This document shows, piece after piece, positions 10,253 to 20,500 of a stretch of 64,000 bases of DNA. Each line of letters starts with the position of its first letter. Position 1 is the first letter of the stretch. The DNA is from Ostreococcus lucimarinus. Its lineage: Eukaryota. The notes below the pieces were generated by a model, which was not told where the DNA came from, did no database searches, and saw nothing but the letters and a program-made list of their open reading frames with translations. The stretch lies in NCBI GenBank assembly GCA_000092065.1, contig CP000587.1; one strand, written 5' to 3'. A program made the translations under genes and the position numbers.

Positions 10253-10385
10253 ATGAATGACTTTGCAAGTAGGAACGTCTTGTAGTGAAACAGAGAAACG
10301 TTGGTTTGCATCGAGGGTTGAATCTTGATTATTACGTCATGCGCGCGTGTATGATGCGCTCCTAGAATGAATAACGCGCAACTAT

Positions 10386-12485
10386 TTACGCGGTCGTGGC
10401 AGGTGCCGCATCTTCCGGGGAACCCTCGTCTTCGAAACAGCACGTCAAGCTTCGCGTGGCGCGTTCGCGCGCGAGCACTTCGAGCAGCGCGGTCAGCTTG
10501 TGCTCACCGTGGACCTTGTTATCACGCGTGCGCACGTTCACCGTTTCGTTCGCTTTTTCGCTTTCGCCGCACACCAAGATATAGTTGAACTGATCGAGCT
10601 GCGCCTCGCGAACCTTCTTTTGCATCTTACGATCCGTGACGTCGACTTCCGCGAAATGACCGGCCTTGCGGAGTTGGCGCTTGACCTCGTAGCAGTAGTC
10701 TCTCGAGGCTTCAGAGATCGGCACAATCATGACTTGTTTTGGCGACAACCAATACGGCCACTTACCCGCAAAGTGCTCGGTCAAAATCGCGAACATACGC
10801 TCGACAGAACCGAGGATAGCTCTGTGAATGATGATCGGCCTCACCGACGAGTTGTTTTCGTCGACGTACGACAGGTCAAATCGAATCGGAAGCTGAAAGT
10901 CGAGCTGGACCGTCGCACACTGGAAGCGACGCTTGAGCGCATCGAAGACAGTGATGTCAATCTTCGGACCGTAGAAGGCGCCGTCACCTTCGTTCAGCTT
11001 CCACTCTCTGCCGCTTCGGTCCAACGCAGACTTGAGCGCCGCCTCCGCCTTGTCCCACACCTCCAACTCACCCAAGTATCCCTCTGGACGCGTCGATAGC
11101 TTCATCTCGTACGTGAGACCAAACACTTCGTACACATCATCTAAGAACTGCAAGAAACCGCTCAACTCCTGTTCCATTTGATCCTCACGGCAGAAGATGT
11201 GCGCGTCGTCTTGCTGGAAGCGGCGAACGCGCGTTAAACCGTGAAGCGCACCCGAGAACTCGTTTCGGTGCAGCACACCGAAATCAGCCACACGCATGGG
11301 GAGTTCACGGTACGTTCTGTGTCGATGCGCGAACATGACGCAGTGACCCGGGCAGTTCATCGGCTTCAGACCAAACTCTTCCTTTTCGACGTTGAAGCTG
11401 AACATGTTTTCCTTGTAGTGCGCCGCGTGACCGGACGTCTTCCAGAGGTCAAAGTTGTAAATATTCGGCGTGATGACTTCGTCATACTCGTATTCCCAAT
11501 ACTTTTCTCGAATAAATTGGACCAAGTTGTTGTAGATGCGCGCGCCGTGCTTTTGGAAAAAACACGAGCCCGGGGAGAGATGGTGGAAAAAGAACAGCTC
11601 TTGGTTCAAGCCAATGGTGCGGTGATCGCGTTTCTTCGCTTCTTCGATGCGCGTGGTGTATTCCTTCATGAGTTTGTCGCTCGGGAAAGTCACGGCGTAC
11701 ACGCGCACGAGCGGGTCCTTGGTGACGTCCGCGCGCCAGTGGGCTCGCGAGCACTGGTTCACGCTGACGCTCTTCAACCACGCGGTGTCCGGCAAGTGCG
11801 GACCGCGGCACAGATCCACCATCGGCCCGCAGCGATAGCACGAAATCGTCGCGTCTTCGGGCAAGTTGGAAATCAACTCAATTTTGAACTTGTTCTCTTC
11901 GAACATCTCCAACGCCTCGGCGCGGCTGACGACGATGCGTTGAAATTCTTGTTTTTCTTTGATGATCTTTTCCATGCGCCCCTTGATGATTTCCGTGTCT
12001 TCCGGCGTCAGCGTGCGCTCGCCCAAGTAGCAATCGTAGTAGAAACCCTCCTCGATCGCCGGTCCGATGGTCAAATCCGCCCCGTACTCCAACTCCAACG
12101 CCTCCCCCAAGACGTGCGCGCTCGAGTGCCAATAACACTCCTTCCCCTCTTCGTCGTCGAAAGTAAACAACGCCAGCGCGCAGTCCCCCTCCAACGGTCG
12201 TCGCATGTCCCAAAACTCCCCATCGACCTTCGCCACGAGCGCGCTCTGCGCCAGCTTCTTGTGTATCCCCAACGCGATGTCGAACGGCGTCGTCGCGAAT
12301 CGCGTCCCATCCTTTTGCGCGCCGTCCGGCAGGGTCACTTTAATCCCTTCCCCCCGCGCCTTCGCCTCTTCGATCCGCGTCAGCTCCCGCGCGCGATACT
12401 TATCGAACAAATCGATCCGGTGCGCGTAATACGGCGACTTCTCTCGCGCGTGATCCGCGTTCGTCGGCGTCGGCGCGTCCGCCAT
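10386..12485 (-). CDS. TARS: Threonyl-tRNA synthetase (class II, cytosolic type)
   Basis: A 699-aa ORF with an N-terminal TGS domain and second-site editing domain. The class II core has FYYDCYLGER.., HRAILGSVERMFAILTEHFAGKWPYWLSP and an anticodon-binding C-terminus. The ATG was verified and sits inside a CCATGG palindrome. Confidence 0.95.
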   Translation of the reverse strand: MADAPTPTNADHAREKSPYYAHRIDLFDKYRARELTRIEEAKARGEGIKVTLPDGAQKDGTRFATTPFDIALGIHKKLAQSALVAKVDGEFWDMRRPLEGDCALALFTFDDEEGKECYWHSSAHVLGEALELEYGADLTIGPAIEEGFYYDCYLGERTLTPEDTEIIKGRMEKIIKEKQEFQRIVVSRAEALEMFEENKFKIELISNLPEDATISCYRCGPMVDLCRGPHLPDTAWLKSVSVNQCSRAHWRADVTKDPLVRVYAVTFPSDKLMKEYTTRIEEAKKRDHRTIGLNQELFFFHHLSPGSCFFQKHGARIYNNLVQFIREKYWEYEYDEVITPNIYNFDLWKTSGHAAHYKENMFSFNVEKEEFGLKPMNCPGHCVMFAHRHRTYRELPMRVADFGVLHRNEFSGALHGLTRVRRFQQDDAHIFCREDQMEQELSGFLQFLDDVYEVFGLTYEMKLSTRPEGYLGELEVWDKAEAALKSALDRSGREWKLNEGDGAFYGPKIDITVFDALKRRFQCATVQLDFQLPIRFDLSYVDENNSSVRPIIIHRAILGSVERMFAILTEHFAGKWPYWLSPKQVMIVPISEASRDYCYEVKRQLRKAGHFAEVDVTDRKMQKKVREAQLDQFNYILVCGESEKANETVNVRTRDNKVHGEHKLTALLEVLARERATRSLTCCFEDEGSPEDAAPATTA

Positions 12486-13980
12486 GGCGTCCCGCTCGAT
12501 CGCCGTCCCGCGCTTCCGCGCGTCGCGTCCCGACGTCGCCGTATCGCGCGCCCGTTCGCTCGCGTTCGGCTCTCAGCGCCTCCGCGTGCCCTCGCGCGCG
12601 GTTCGCGACGCGCGCGACCGTCGCGCGCGTCGTCGTCGCGCTCTGCCGCGGTCGCCTTTCGCGCGCGCGACCCTACGCCCGGGTCGTCTTTTTCGCCCCC
12701 GTTTGGCGACGCGCGCGTCGACCCCCGTTTGGCGACGTCCACCGACCGACGTCGACGCGCCGGCGCGCGCGCGCGCGACGACGCGACGCGCGAGGGACGG
12801 CGCGACTCGAGACGCGCGCGCGATGCGGGCGACGCCGACGACGCACGCGATGGAACGCGCGCGACGCGCGCGCGCGCCGACGCGCGGCGCGGGACGGCGG
12901 ATGATTGCGACGCCCCGACGCCGACGCGCGACGAACGACGACGGCGACGCGACGACGACGACGACGACGACGGCGGCGGAGGCGTCGTACGAGGAGGACG
13001 AGGCGGAACCGCCGCGACGGCGAGGGACGACGACGACGTTTCCGTTGGCGTGCCCGGTGAGTCTGAAGGCGCTGCGCGGCGACGGCGTCGAGCCGACGAG
13101 CGGGCTGAGGTACGAGGAGCGCGAGGGGCGATGGGATCTGACCGTGGGCGCGGCGGAGAACGCGCGGTCGGGGGCGCGGGTCGGGTCGCTCGTGGACCTG
13201 GCGCGCGAGGCGCTGCCGAACGAGTTGAAGGGGTTGCTGCCGACGAGCGGGTACTTTGGGACGGCGACGTTCGAGACGCCGCAGGTGGCGTTCGCGTACG
13301 AGCGAGGGTGGCGCGATAGCTTTAAGCGCGCTGGGTTTCCGGGGCCGGATGAGGAGGCGCGGTTGGCCGTGGACGCGCTCGGGGAGTTCGCGAAGGGCGG
13401 CATCGTCGTCGACGCGTCGTGCGGCAGCGGGTTGTTTACGAGACGGTTTTTGAAGACGTACAAGGGTCGTTCAAAGGCGTACAAGGGCGTGGTGGCGCTC
13501 GACTACTCCGACGCCATGCTGCGACAAGCGAAGCAATACATGGAGGATGAAAACTTACTCGGCGACGCGGACGTGTGCTTCGTGCGCGCGGACATCGCGC
13601 GGTTACCGTTTCCAGAAGGCTCGCTGGACGGCGTGCACGCGGGCGCCGCCATCCACTGCTGGCCGGATGCCAAGACGGGCGTGGCCGAGATCGCGCGCGT
13701 GCTTAAACCAGGCGCGACGTTCTGTGGAACGACGTTCATGAATCCGCAAGTGCCGTTCTTCGACGAGGACCAGCAGGCCATTTTCGACAACGCCGTTCGA
13801 GAATTCTCGGGCACGGTGAACGCCGAGCGCGGGTTCAGATGGTGGTCCAAGAAGGAACTCCGAGACCTGTGCACCGAATGCGGACTCGTCGATTTTAAGT
13901 GCGAGATTCGCAATCAGTTTATCTTTTACAGCGCGAAGAAGCGAACCGTGGACGACGTCGACGCGGTCGAGAAAGCGTAG
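12484..13980 (+). CDS. Class I SAM-dependent methyltransferase with N-terminal zinc-ribbon (LACPV/C..C) motif, plastoglobule-type (At1g78140/At2g41040-like); true start probably downstream
   Basis: SAM motif I is VVDASCGSGLFTRRF and post-I is VALDYSDAML. The acidic D in ...CFVRADIARLPF and FPLACPVSLKAL precede the MT fold, as in the plant family. The first about 110-190 aa are Arg-rich and overlap the ThrRS start. Likely real starts are near 12823 (MRATPTT) or later. Confidence 0.7.
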   Translation: MASRSIAVPRFRASRPDVAVSRARSLAFGSQRLRVPSRAVRDARDRRARRRRALPRSPFARATLRPGRLFRPRLATRASTPVWRRPPTDVDAPARARATTRRARDGATRDARAMRATPTTHAMERARRARAPTRGAGRRMIATPRRRRATNDDGDATTTTTTTAAEASYEEDEAEPPRRRGTTTTFPLACPVSLKALRGDGVEPTSGLRYEEREGRWDLTVGAAENARSGARVGSLVDLAREALPNELKGLLPTSGYFGTATFETPQVAFAYERGWRDSFKRAGFPGPDEEARLAVDALGEFAKGGIVVDASCGSGLFTRRFLKTYKGRSKAYKGVVALDYSDAMLRQAKQYMEDENLLGDADVCFVRADIARLPFPEGSLDGVHAGAAIHCWPDAKTGVAEIARVLKPGATFCGTTFMNPQVPFFDEDQQAIFDNAVREFSGTVNAERGFRWWSKKELRDLCTECGLVDFKCEIRNQFIFYSAKKRTVDDVDAVEKA

Positions 13981-14048
13981 AAGCAAAGCCTTCAGTAAAT
14001 TACGGTACAAAAATGCGCGCGCGCGGTTTTAATTTCATTTCAACCATT

Positions 14049-15226
14049 TCAAACGAATTCGGCGGTTTCGACTTCCTTCTCGATCAGCGCCACGCACTCG
14101 CCCACACTCGCTCCGCGCGCCATGTAATCCGCGAGCTTCTCCGTCAACCCTAAGTGTCTACGTAACAGACTCGTCGTGTTCAACACCGCCCATCGAACTT
14201 CCGAATCAGACTTTTTCTGCGTAAACGCCAACGCGCGCAGCAATCCGTCGAGTTGTTGTACGTCGCTCAGACCGCCCTCGGCGAATCCAAAAAGGATGTA
14301 TTCCATGCAGATTCCCGCCATGGCGACGCACGCGAACCGGCCGAGCGATGTGGAGGTAATTTTACCCTTTTGTACTTCGCGCTGAAACTCGCCGTCGCAA
14401 AACGCGCAACCCGCTTGAATGTTAAACGCACCGTACGTCTTGAACGCATCCATCGAGCTCAACGTGTAACCTTTAGGAAGAATCCCGATGAGATACGCGG
14501 TGAGAAAGTGCGCCGCTTCGTGTCGACGCAATCGCGTGACGTACTCCTTCGACGTCGATTGCGCGACGGTGTCGAGCGCGAGCGCCGAGACGCCGCCGCC
14601 GAAGGCGATTTGATCGTACGTCGCGCAAAACGCGGCGAAAGCCGCCACTCCTGCGCCTTGCGCGAACGTCGGATGCAAAAAGTACAATCCCGCGACGTAC
14701 GCCACGCCGAGCAATCGCGTGAAATTATCTCGAATTCCCTTAATCGTGCTCTCCGTCGGCGCCAACAACTTCTCCGCCTCGATGTTATTCAACCGCAGTT
14801 CCGCCAACGCATAATCTCGCTTCGGCACATTATGCGCCGCCCCGAACGCTTTCACCACCCCCCTTTGACGCAAGCACATCACCAACTCCACCGCCTCGCG
14901 TTCGGCGCGATCGCTCGCCGTTTTCATCGCCGCCGCGTCGTCGTCGCCGTCGCTCGTCGACGCCCCCGCGCTCTCGCCTCGCATCGCCGTCACCAACCTC
15001 GCGTCCACCGCCTCGAGCGCGTCTCGCAGTCCTCGATCGCACATTCGCTCGATCTCCGCGTCGAACGCTCGCGTCTCGAACCGCTGCGTCGACATCTCCT
15101 CGTCGTTCACCGCGCGTCGACGCCGCGATCGTTCGACACCATCGCGCCGCGACGTCTTTTTCACCACCGCGCGCCCCCGCCCGCGCCGCGCCGCCGCGCC
15201 CGCGTCGAGCGTCACCGCGCGCATCG
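14049..15226 (-). CDS. Conserved organellar protein with HExxH motif (HEAAHFLTAYLIG), FtsH-peptidase-M41-like domain without AAA module
   Basis: The C-terminal 390 aa of track ORF 14049..16340 look like a real protein: ...FLHPTFAQGAGVAAFAAFCATYDQIAFGGG...RLRRHEAAHFLTAYLIGILPKGY...EYILFGFAEGGLSDVQQL. The part above 15230 is an Arg-rich antisense artefact of the gene at 15420..16316. In-frame ATGs lie at 15226 (MRAVTLDAG..., presequence-like) and 15095. Confidence 0.5.
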
Positions 15227-15419
15227 TCTCCCGTCGCGCGCGTCGCGTCGAGTCGTCGCGCGCGCGCGCGAGTGCGGCGATGCGTCGAGTAATCTTTGTG
15301 GATAACGACCGATGCGTCGCGTTCCCCGCACTCACGCGCGCGCGCACGCTCGCGAACCGCTCGCGAATCGCTCGACGCGCGTAAAAACCTACACCGCGCG
15401 ACTCGCGCGATCGACGACG

Positions 15420-16316
15420 ATGATGGCGCAGCAGGGCGTCGCGATGACGCAGAAGTCGCACTTTGCGCGATCGACGCGGGCGTCGATGCGATCGGGCGCG
15501 CGCGCGACGCGCGGGGCGCGCGCGGTCGCGCCGCGCGCGGCGGGCGCGGATGATTTCACGCCGGAAAAGTTCATGGCGAAGTACGACGAGATTTCGTACA
15601 AGATTCCGCCGCTGTTGACGGCGGCGGCGGTGCCCGTCGTGGGGTTGTCGCTGCTGTGCAAGACGCTCACGGGACACGGCTTGCCGGGGACGGCGCTCGG
15701 CTCGATCGAGGGGATCTCTTGGCTCGTGCTCCCGCTCGGGGCGAAGTCGTTCTGGCCGAAGGCGCAAGACATCGCGCGATTGAAGGATAAGACGCCGGAG
15801 AACGTGCTTAAGATTTTGCAGACGGAGGGACGCGCGTACGGCGGATTCGGCGAAGATAGCCGAGGAAAGAACGCGACGGAACGCCTTAATTCGATCGCGA
15901 GTGAGGTCGATCCGAACTCGCCGCTCGGTCAGCAAATGGCTGATATCGCTAGGCAAAAGGCTGAGCGCGAGAAGGAAACGCCCGAGCAACAGGCTGAACG
16001 GGAACGACTTCGCGCGGAACTCGCGGCGTCGGCGCTCGGCATGGCGAACGCCAAGACGGCTGAATTCGAAGCGGAGGCGGACACCAAGGGTAAAGACGGG
16101 TTGTTGGCGAAGCCGGTGACGGAAACGCTCAAGGACAGCATGACTGTTGAAAACTACGACGTCGACGTGACGAAGTATGACGACAAGGCGCTCGGATCGA
16201 AGCTCAACTTGTCCTCCACGGATATCGAAAAGGGCGTGCCGAAGAACAACAAGGGCGATGCCTGGCGCGAACAGTACCGCACGGAAGAAAACGCCGAAGG
16301 TGCGAAGGAAGATTAA
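15420..16316 (+). CDS. Hypothetical protein with transit-peptide-like N-terminus, one TM helix and Lys/Glu-rich C-terminal tail
   Basis: MMAQQGVAMTQKSHFARSTRASMRSGARATRGARAVAPRAAGA reads as a presequence. LLTAAAVPVVGLSLLCKTL is a TM helix, followed by a charged coiled region. Codon usage and composition are coding-like, whereas the overlapping minus frame is Arg/Leu-rich junk. I recognise no family for it. Confidence 0.5.
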   Translation: MMAQQGVAMTQKSHFARSTRASMRSGARATRGARAVAPRAAGADDFTPEKFMAKYDEISYKIPPLLTAAAVPVVGLSLLCKTLTGHGLPGTALGSIEGISWLVLPLGAKSFWPKAQDIARLKDKTPENVLKILQTEGRAYGGFGEDSRGKNATERLNSIASEVDPNSPLGQQMADIARQKAEREKETPEQQAERERLRAELAASALGMANAKTAEFEAEADTKGKDGLLAKPVTETLKDSMTVENYDVDVTKYDDKALGSKLNLSSTDIEKGVPKNNKGDAWREQYRTEENAEGAKED

Positions 16317-16388
16317 CGCGAAATTCTCGAGATTGATCATATGACTCTTGCTCCAACGCTTCGATAAACCACGACGACAAGCAATTTT

Positions 16389-17543
16389 TTAATATACGGA
16401 TGCGTTACCACTTTCTTCAAACGCGAACAAATCGGGATACGCACGCATCGGTTTCTCCAATCCATCGCTCCCGAGTACGTCAATCAGGCAAGAGAGACAG
16501 CGTTTTGCATAAAGTCTGGCGTCCGGATGCCCCCCACGAATACACACGTCCAGAGTCGCGAGGGTGAGGTCTAAAGCTGTCCGTCCAGCTCTCCCTCGAA
16601 AGACGGAGGCGCACTCGGCGTTGCGTTCGACACAATACGTCAAGGCGAACGCGATTTTCGCTTGAAGTCTTCGAGCCGAAACATGTTGCGACAGTGTCCG
16701 GATAACTGCGTGAGGGGCAGCCGCCTCTATCAAGACGTGCAAAACCTCGTCTGCTTCTGCTGAGAGGAAACTCGACTCGCTGGCGCGCTTGAGAACGCTC
16801 GGGAAAACGCATCCAAGTTCACCGTTGATCTTACCTTTTAAATGCACCGCCAGCGTCTTGATGAGACTGAGTGCGGCTTTCGAAATAGAACTTCGCAAGC
16901 TCTCGAGACACGATGTGACGCCGATGATGAAAGGACGCAAATTCGCGGACACCACGCCGACGTGATGAATGACGAGTCGATTCGCGAGCGCAATCGCCTC
17001 CAAGCGCTCTTCCCACGCGCGCTCCGCAGCGCCTCTCAAAACCACCAATACTCCAACCATCACGGTCTCAGGGTCGTTCAAAGGCGCCAAATTTGCGTAC
17101 GTCTCAAACACCGCCCGCTCGCTCTTCTTTCTCGCCGAAGGCGCGCGAACCGGCATCGCCAAACCGGCGGGCGCTCGAGACCCGCTCCGCGTTACCACTC
17201 GACCCGTTCGTTTCCGTTGCTTCAGCGCCATCAACGCATCATTCACGCTTCTCCGCAGCGTCGCTTCTCGTCCTCGACTCGCGCTCGCGCCGACATCTCG
17301 CGTCACCTCGCCGCGTCGTCGTCTCGCGTCCGCCTCCGAGTCCTCGCTCGACGCCGCCTCCTCGACGCCGATGGATGACCCTTTGGACTCCGTCGGACTC
17401 TCCATTCGCGGCGCGTCGCTCGCGTCGTACATCGCCAGCGCATCCACGCGCACGGGGCAGCACGCGATCGCGCGCATGCTCGATCGACGCGCGTCAAAGT
17501 GGCCAAATTTAGCTTCGTCCATGTCAAATGCCAAAGTCACCAA
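16389..17543 (-). CDS. Hypothetical ARM/HEAT-repeat-like protein
   Basis: A 384-aa ORF with helical repeat character (..LVIHHVGVVSANLRPFIIGVTSCLESL.., LHVLIEAAAPHAVIRTLSQHV..). I could not assign a specific family from memory. The start may be an internal Met. Confidence 0.4.
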   Translation of the reverse strand: MVTLAFDMDEAKFGHFDARRSSMRAIACCPVRVDALAMYDASDAPRMESPTESKGSSIGVEEAASSEDSEADARRRRGEVTRDVGASASRGREATLRRSVNDALMALKQRKRTGRVVTRSGSRAPAGLAMPVRAPSARKKSERAVFETYANLAPLNDPETVMVGVLVVLRGAAERAWEERLEAIALANRLVIHHVGVVSANLRPFIIGVTSCLESLRSSISKAALSLIKTLAVHLKGKINGELGCVFPSVLKRASESSFLSAEADEVLHVLIEAAAPHAVIRTLSQHVSARRLQAKIAFALTYCVERNAECASVFRGRAGRTALDLTLATLDVCIRGGHPDARLYAKRCLSCLIDVLGSDGLEKPMRAYPDLFAFEESGNASVY

Positions 17544-17592
17544 CCGGCGTCGTCGCGTCGACGTGGCGCATCGTCACGCGCCCACGCGCGGC

Positions 17593-20500
17593 ATGGCGCG
17601 CACCGCGCGCGCGCGCGCGCGCGGCGACGCGACCCGACGTTCGTGGCGCGCGCGCGTCGCGCTCGCCCTCGTCGGCGCGTGCGTCGGCGCGTGCGCGACG
17701 CGCTCTGTCGACGCGATGTGGTTCGGTAAGAAATCTTCAGGCGCGGCGGAAAGGGTGCGCGCGGACGCGCTGGACGACGGCACGACGCCGGGCGCGCGCG
17801 GCGGGACGGAGTTAATGTCGGCGGCGTTGGAAGCGCGCGTGCCGCGGGCGCTGGTGAAGCGATTTCACGTGGTGAAGTCGCGCGTGCGCGCGCTGAGCGC
17901 CGACGCGCGACGGCCGAACGTGCTGTGGTTGCAGGATTTGCCCAACGATCCCGAGAGCGAGCATCTGCGCGAAGAGAAGAATCGGGAAAAGTTTGCAAAA
18001 TTCATGTTCGTGAGTGAGTGGCAGAAAAGCGCGTATGAGTCGTATTTCGGGGATGTATTCGGAGAGAAGGCGGTGGTGATGAGAAACGCCATCGAGCCGT
18101 TCGAACGTCAACGTAAAGAACCTCCGGAGGATGGAGTGCTGCGGTTGATTTATCACACCACGCCGCATCGTGGATTGGATATATTGATGCACGTGTTCCC
18201 GAGATTGTACGACGCGCACGAGGGTATGTTGCATTTGGACGTGTATTCAAGCTTTTCTATATACGGGTGGCACGAACGAGACCATCCGTACGCGCCGTTG
18301 TTTCAGGCGTGTGAGCAACATCCAGGATGTACGTATCACGGCGCGGTGTCGAATGACGATGTACGAGACGCATTGCGTTCGGCGCATATTTTTGCCTATC
18401 CCTCGACGTGGATGGAGACGTCGTGCATCGCCGCCATCGAGGCGTTGAGCGCAGGCGTGCACGTCGTGACGAGCAGTTTAGGCGCGCTCGTCGAGACAGT
18501 CGGTACTTTCGGTACTATATACGAGTTTAAGCAAGATTGGTCAGAACATGCGGATGCGTTCGAGCAAGCGATGCATGGGGCGATCGAGTCTTACTGGGAG
18601 GTGACTTCGGTTCGTCTCCGGCGAGTACAACAAGTGTATGCGTCGCAAATCTTCGGCTGGGGATCGCCTGGATTAAGGGGACGCGCCGATGACTGGATTG
18701 TACTTCTCGGTGGCATCCACGAGGATTTTAATGGGGGGCGTGACGTAGGGAGGGATGATTTTGATTCAGACGGCGATTATTCCGACGCTCTTTTCGTTGC
18801 AGGTAGAGTGAGAGAATCTCGGGGCGACCAGAAGGGTGCGTACGAAAAGTATCTGCAATCTCTCGAGTTCAATCCTTTGAATTCGTACACTATGGTTGCG
18901 ATGAGTACCTTGGAGATCATGGTCGGCGAATCGAATGGTGATCACTCGACGGCATTACGGGGCATCGAGCGGATGGAGTCTGCCATCGATGACCCCGATG
19001 GCCTCTCGCCGCCGCTCGAGCCGAATTCCGCCGCTTATTTTGGCATCGCCATGCGAAGCGGATACTGGAGAGAGACGCGAAATTGGGCCGCACGCGCGCG
19101 CATTAATTTTGAAAAGGGTTTAAACACTTCTCAACATGGCGAAGACGATTGCTGGGAGCTGTATTACGCCACGATTGTGCCCCACTTTCCGTTGACGCCC
19201 GAGGAGGAGCGCCGCAGGATCCAAAAGTATAATGCCGGAATCGACGAAATGCTCCGCAAGGACGATCTTTTCTGCCGTAATCAAGCAGGTTTAGGCAACG
19301 TGTTTTCAATCGCGTACTACTTCGATGGCGTAGACTATAAGGACGAGTACTCGAGATGGGTGCAACTGAAGTTGAAGGCGTTCCCGGATCTTTTGTACAA
19401 GGCGAATGCGCTCGTGTACGAAAACGACGACAACTATCTGTCGAGCGCGCAGAGCACGGCTGTGCAGAAGGCGCTCATGCGTCGTAAAATCAAGATTGGT
19501 GCCGTCTCATCATTTTTCACGTCCGAGTCGAGCATTTGGGGAAACTTCGGAGAAATCGTGCTCGGGCTTCAACGCGACGCGCGATTTGAAGTCGACATGG
19601 TGCACTACCCACGCGATCCGATCAAGGAGGAGGATATAAATCTCTCGTTGCGTCCCGAACGAAGCATCGTGTTGATAAAGGGCGGTGATCTCGAAACCGT
19701 CAAAGCGAATCGCGAGGCGATCGAAGAGAGAAGGTTTGATGTTCTGATTTATCTTGACCTGTTCATGACGGGCGAGATGCACGATCTCGCCGTGGCGAAA
19801 CTGGCACCGGTACAAATGGTCACGCACGGTCACCCCGTAACATCTGGTATCCCGGCTTGGATCATGGATTATTTTATTTCTTGGGATCTTGCCGAGCTTC
19901 CCGATCAAAAGAAAGCGCAGAGCTTCTATACGGAGGAGTTACTGCTGGTTAAGAGTAAAAAGGCGGCGTGGGAGTACTACAAGCCACGAACTGAAGGAGA
20001 AGTATCGATCATTGTTGGTGAAGCGCCGTTCTATCAATTCACCAGAGAAAATCTTGATTTCATTCCGGCTGAAGAAATGGAGAAACTCTCATCCCGTGAC
20101 GGTTTGACATGGTATTTCTGCCCGCAAGCCGTGTTCAAGTATCACATTACGTTTGACCAGATTTTGGGCAAGATACAAAGAGAAGATCCGAACGCAATAA
20201 TCATTCTCATGAAGCTCGTCGATAACGCGCTTGAGGCGTTGCACGAAAAAGTCGTGGAAAGATTAATTAAGCAAGGAGACGTTGATCTCGACCGCGTCGT
20301 GTTCATTCCGCGAATGAAGCATTACCAGTTAATGGCAATGTACAAGCTGTCAGACGTCGTTTTGGATAGCGTTTATTTTGGTGGCGACACCACGACGCGA
20401 GAAGCTTTCGAAGTTGGTTCGCCCGTGATTACACTACCCGGTAAGACCATTGGTCAGCGTTGGACACAAGCTTATTACAGAGTCATGGGCATCAAGGATT

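Noticed and set aside
11241-13319. Very long ORFs rich in Arg/Ala/Pro/Ser on the strand opposite real genes. Examples are 11241..13319, 14253..15305, 29743..31035, 33293..34333, 34644..36242, 43667..45019, 45492..46667, 46698..47972 and 53695..54666.
   Set aside because: Their low-complexity RxRR/ARAR composition is the expected antisense translation of GC3-rich codons. Each lies fully inside a well-supported gene on the other strand and has no recognisable motifs.
14049-16340. 763-aa minus-strand track ORF treated as one gene
   Set aside because: Only the 3' 390 codons look like a protein (the HExxH domain). The 5' 370 codons are Arg/Leu-rich and antisense to the plus-strand gene 15420..16316, which has ordinary composition. 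The ORF was split accordingly.
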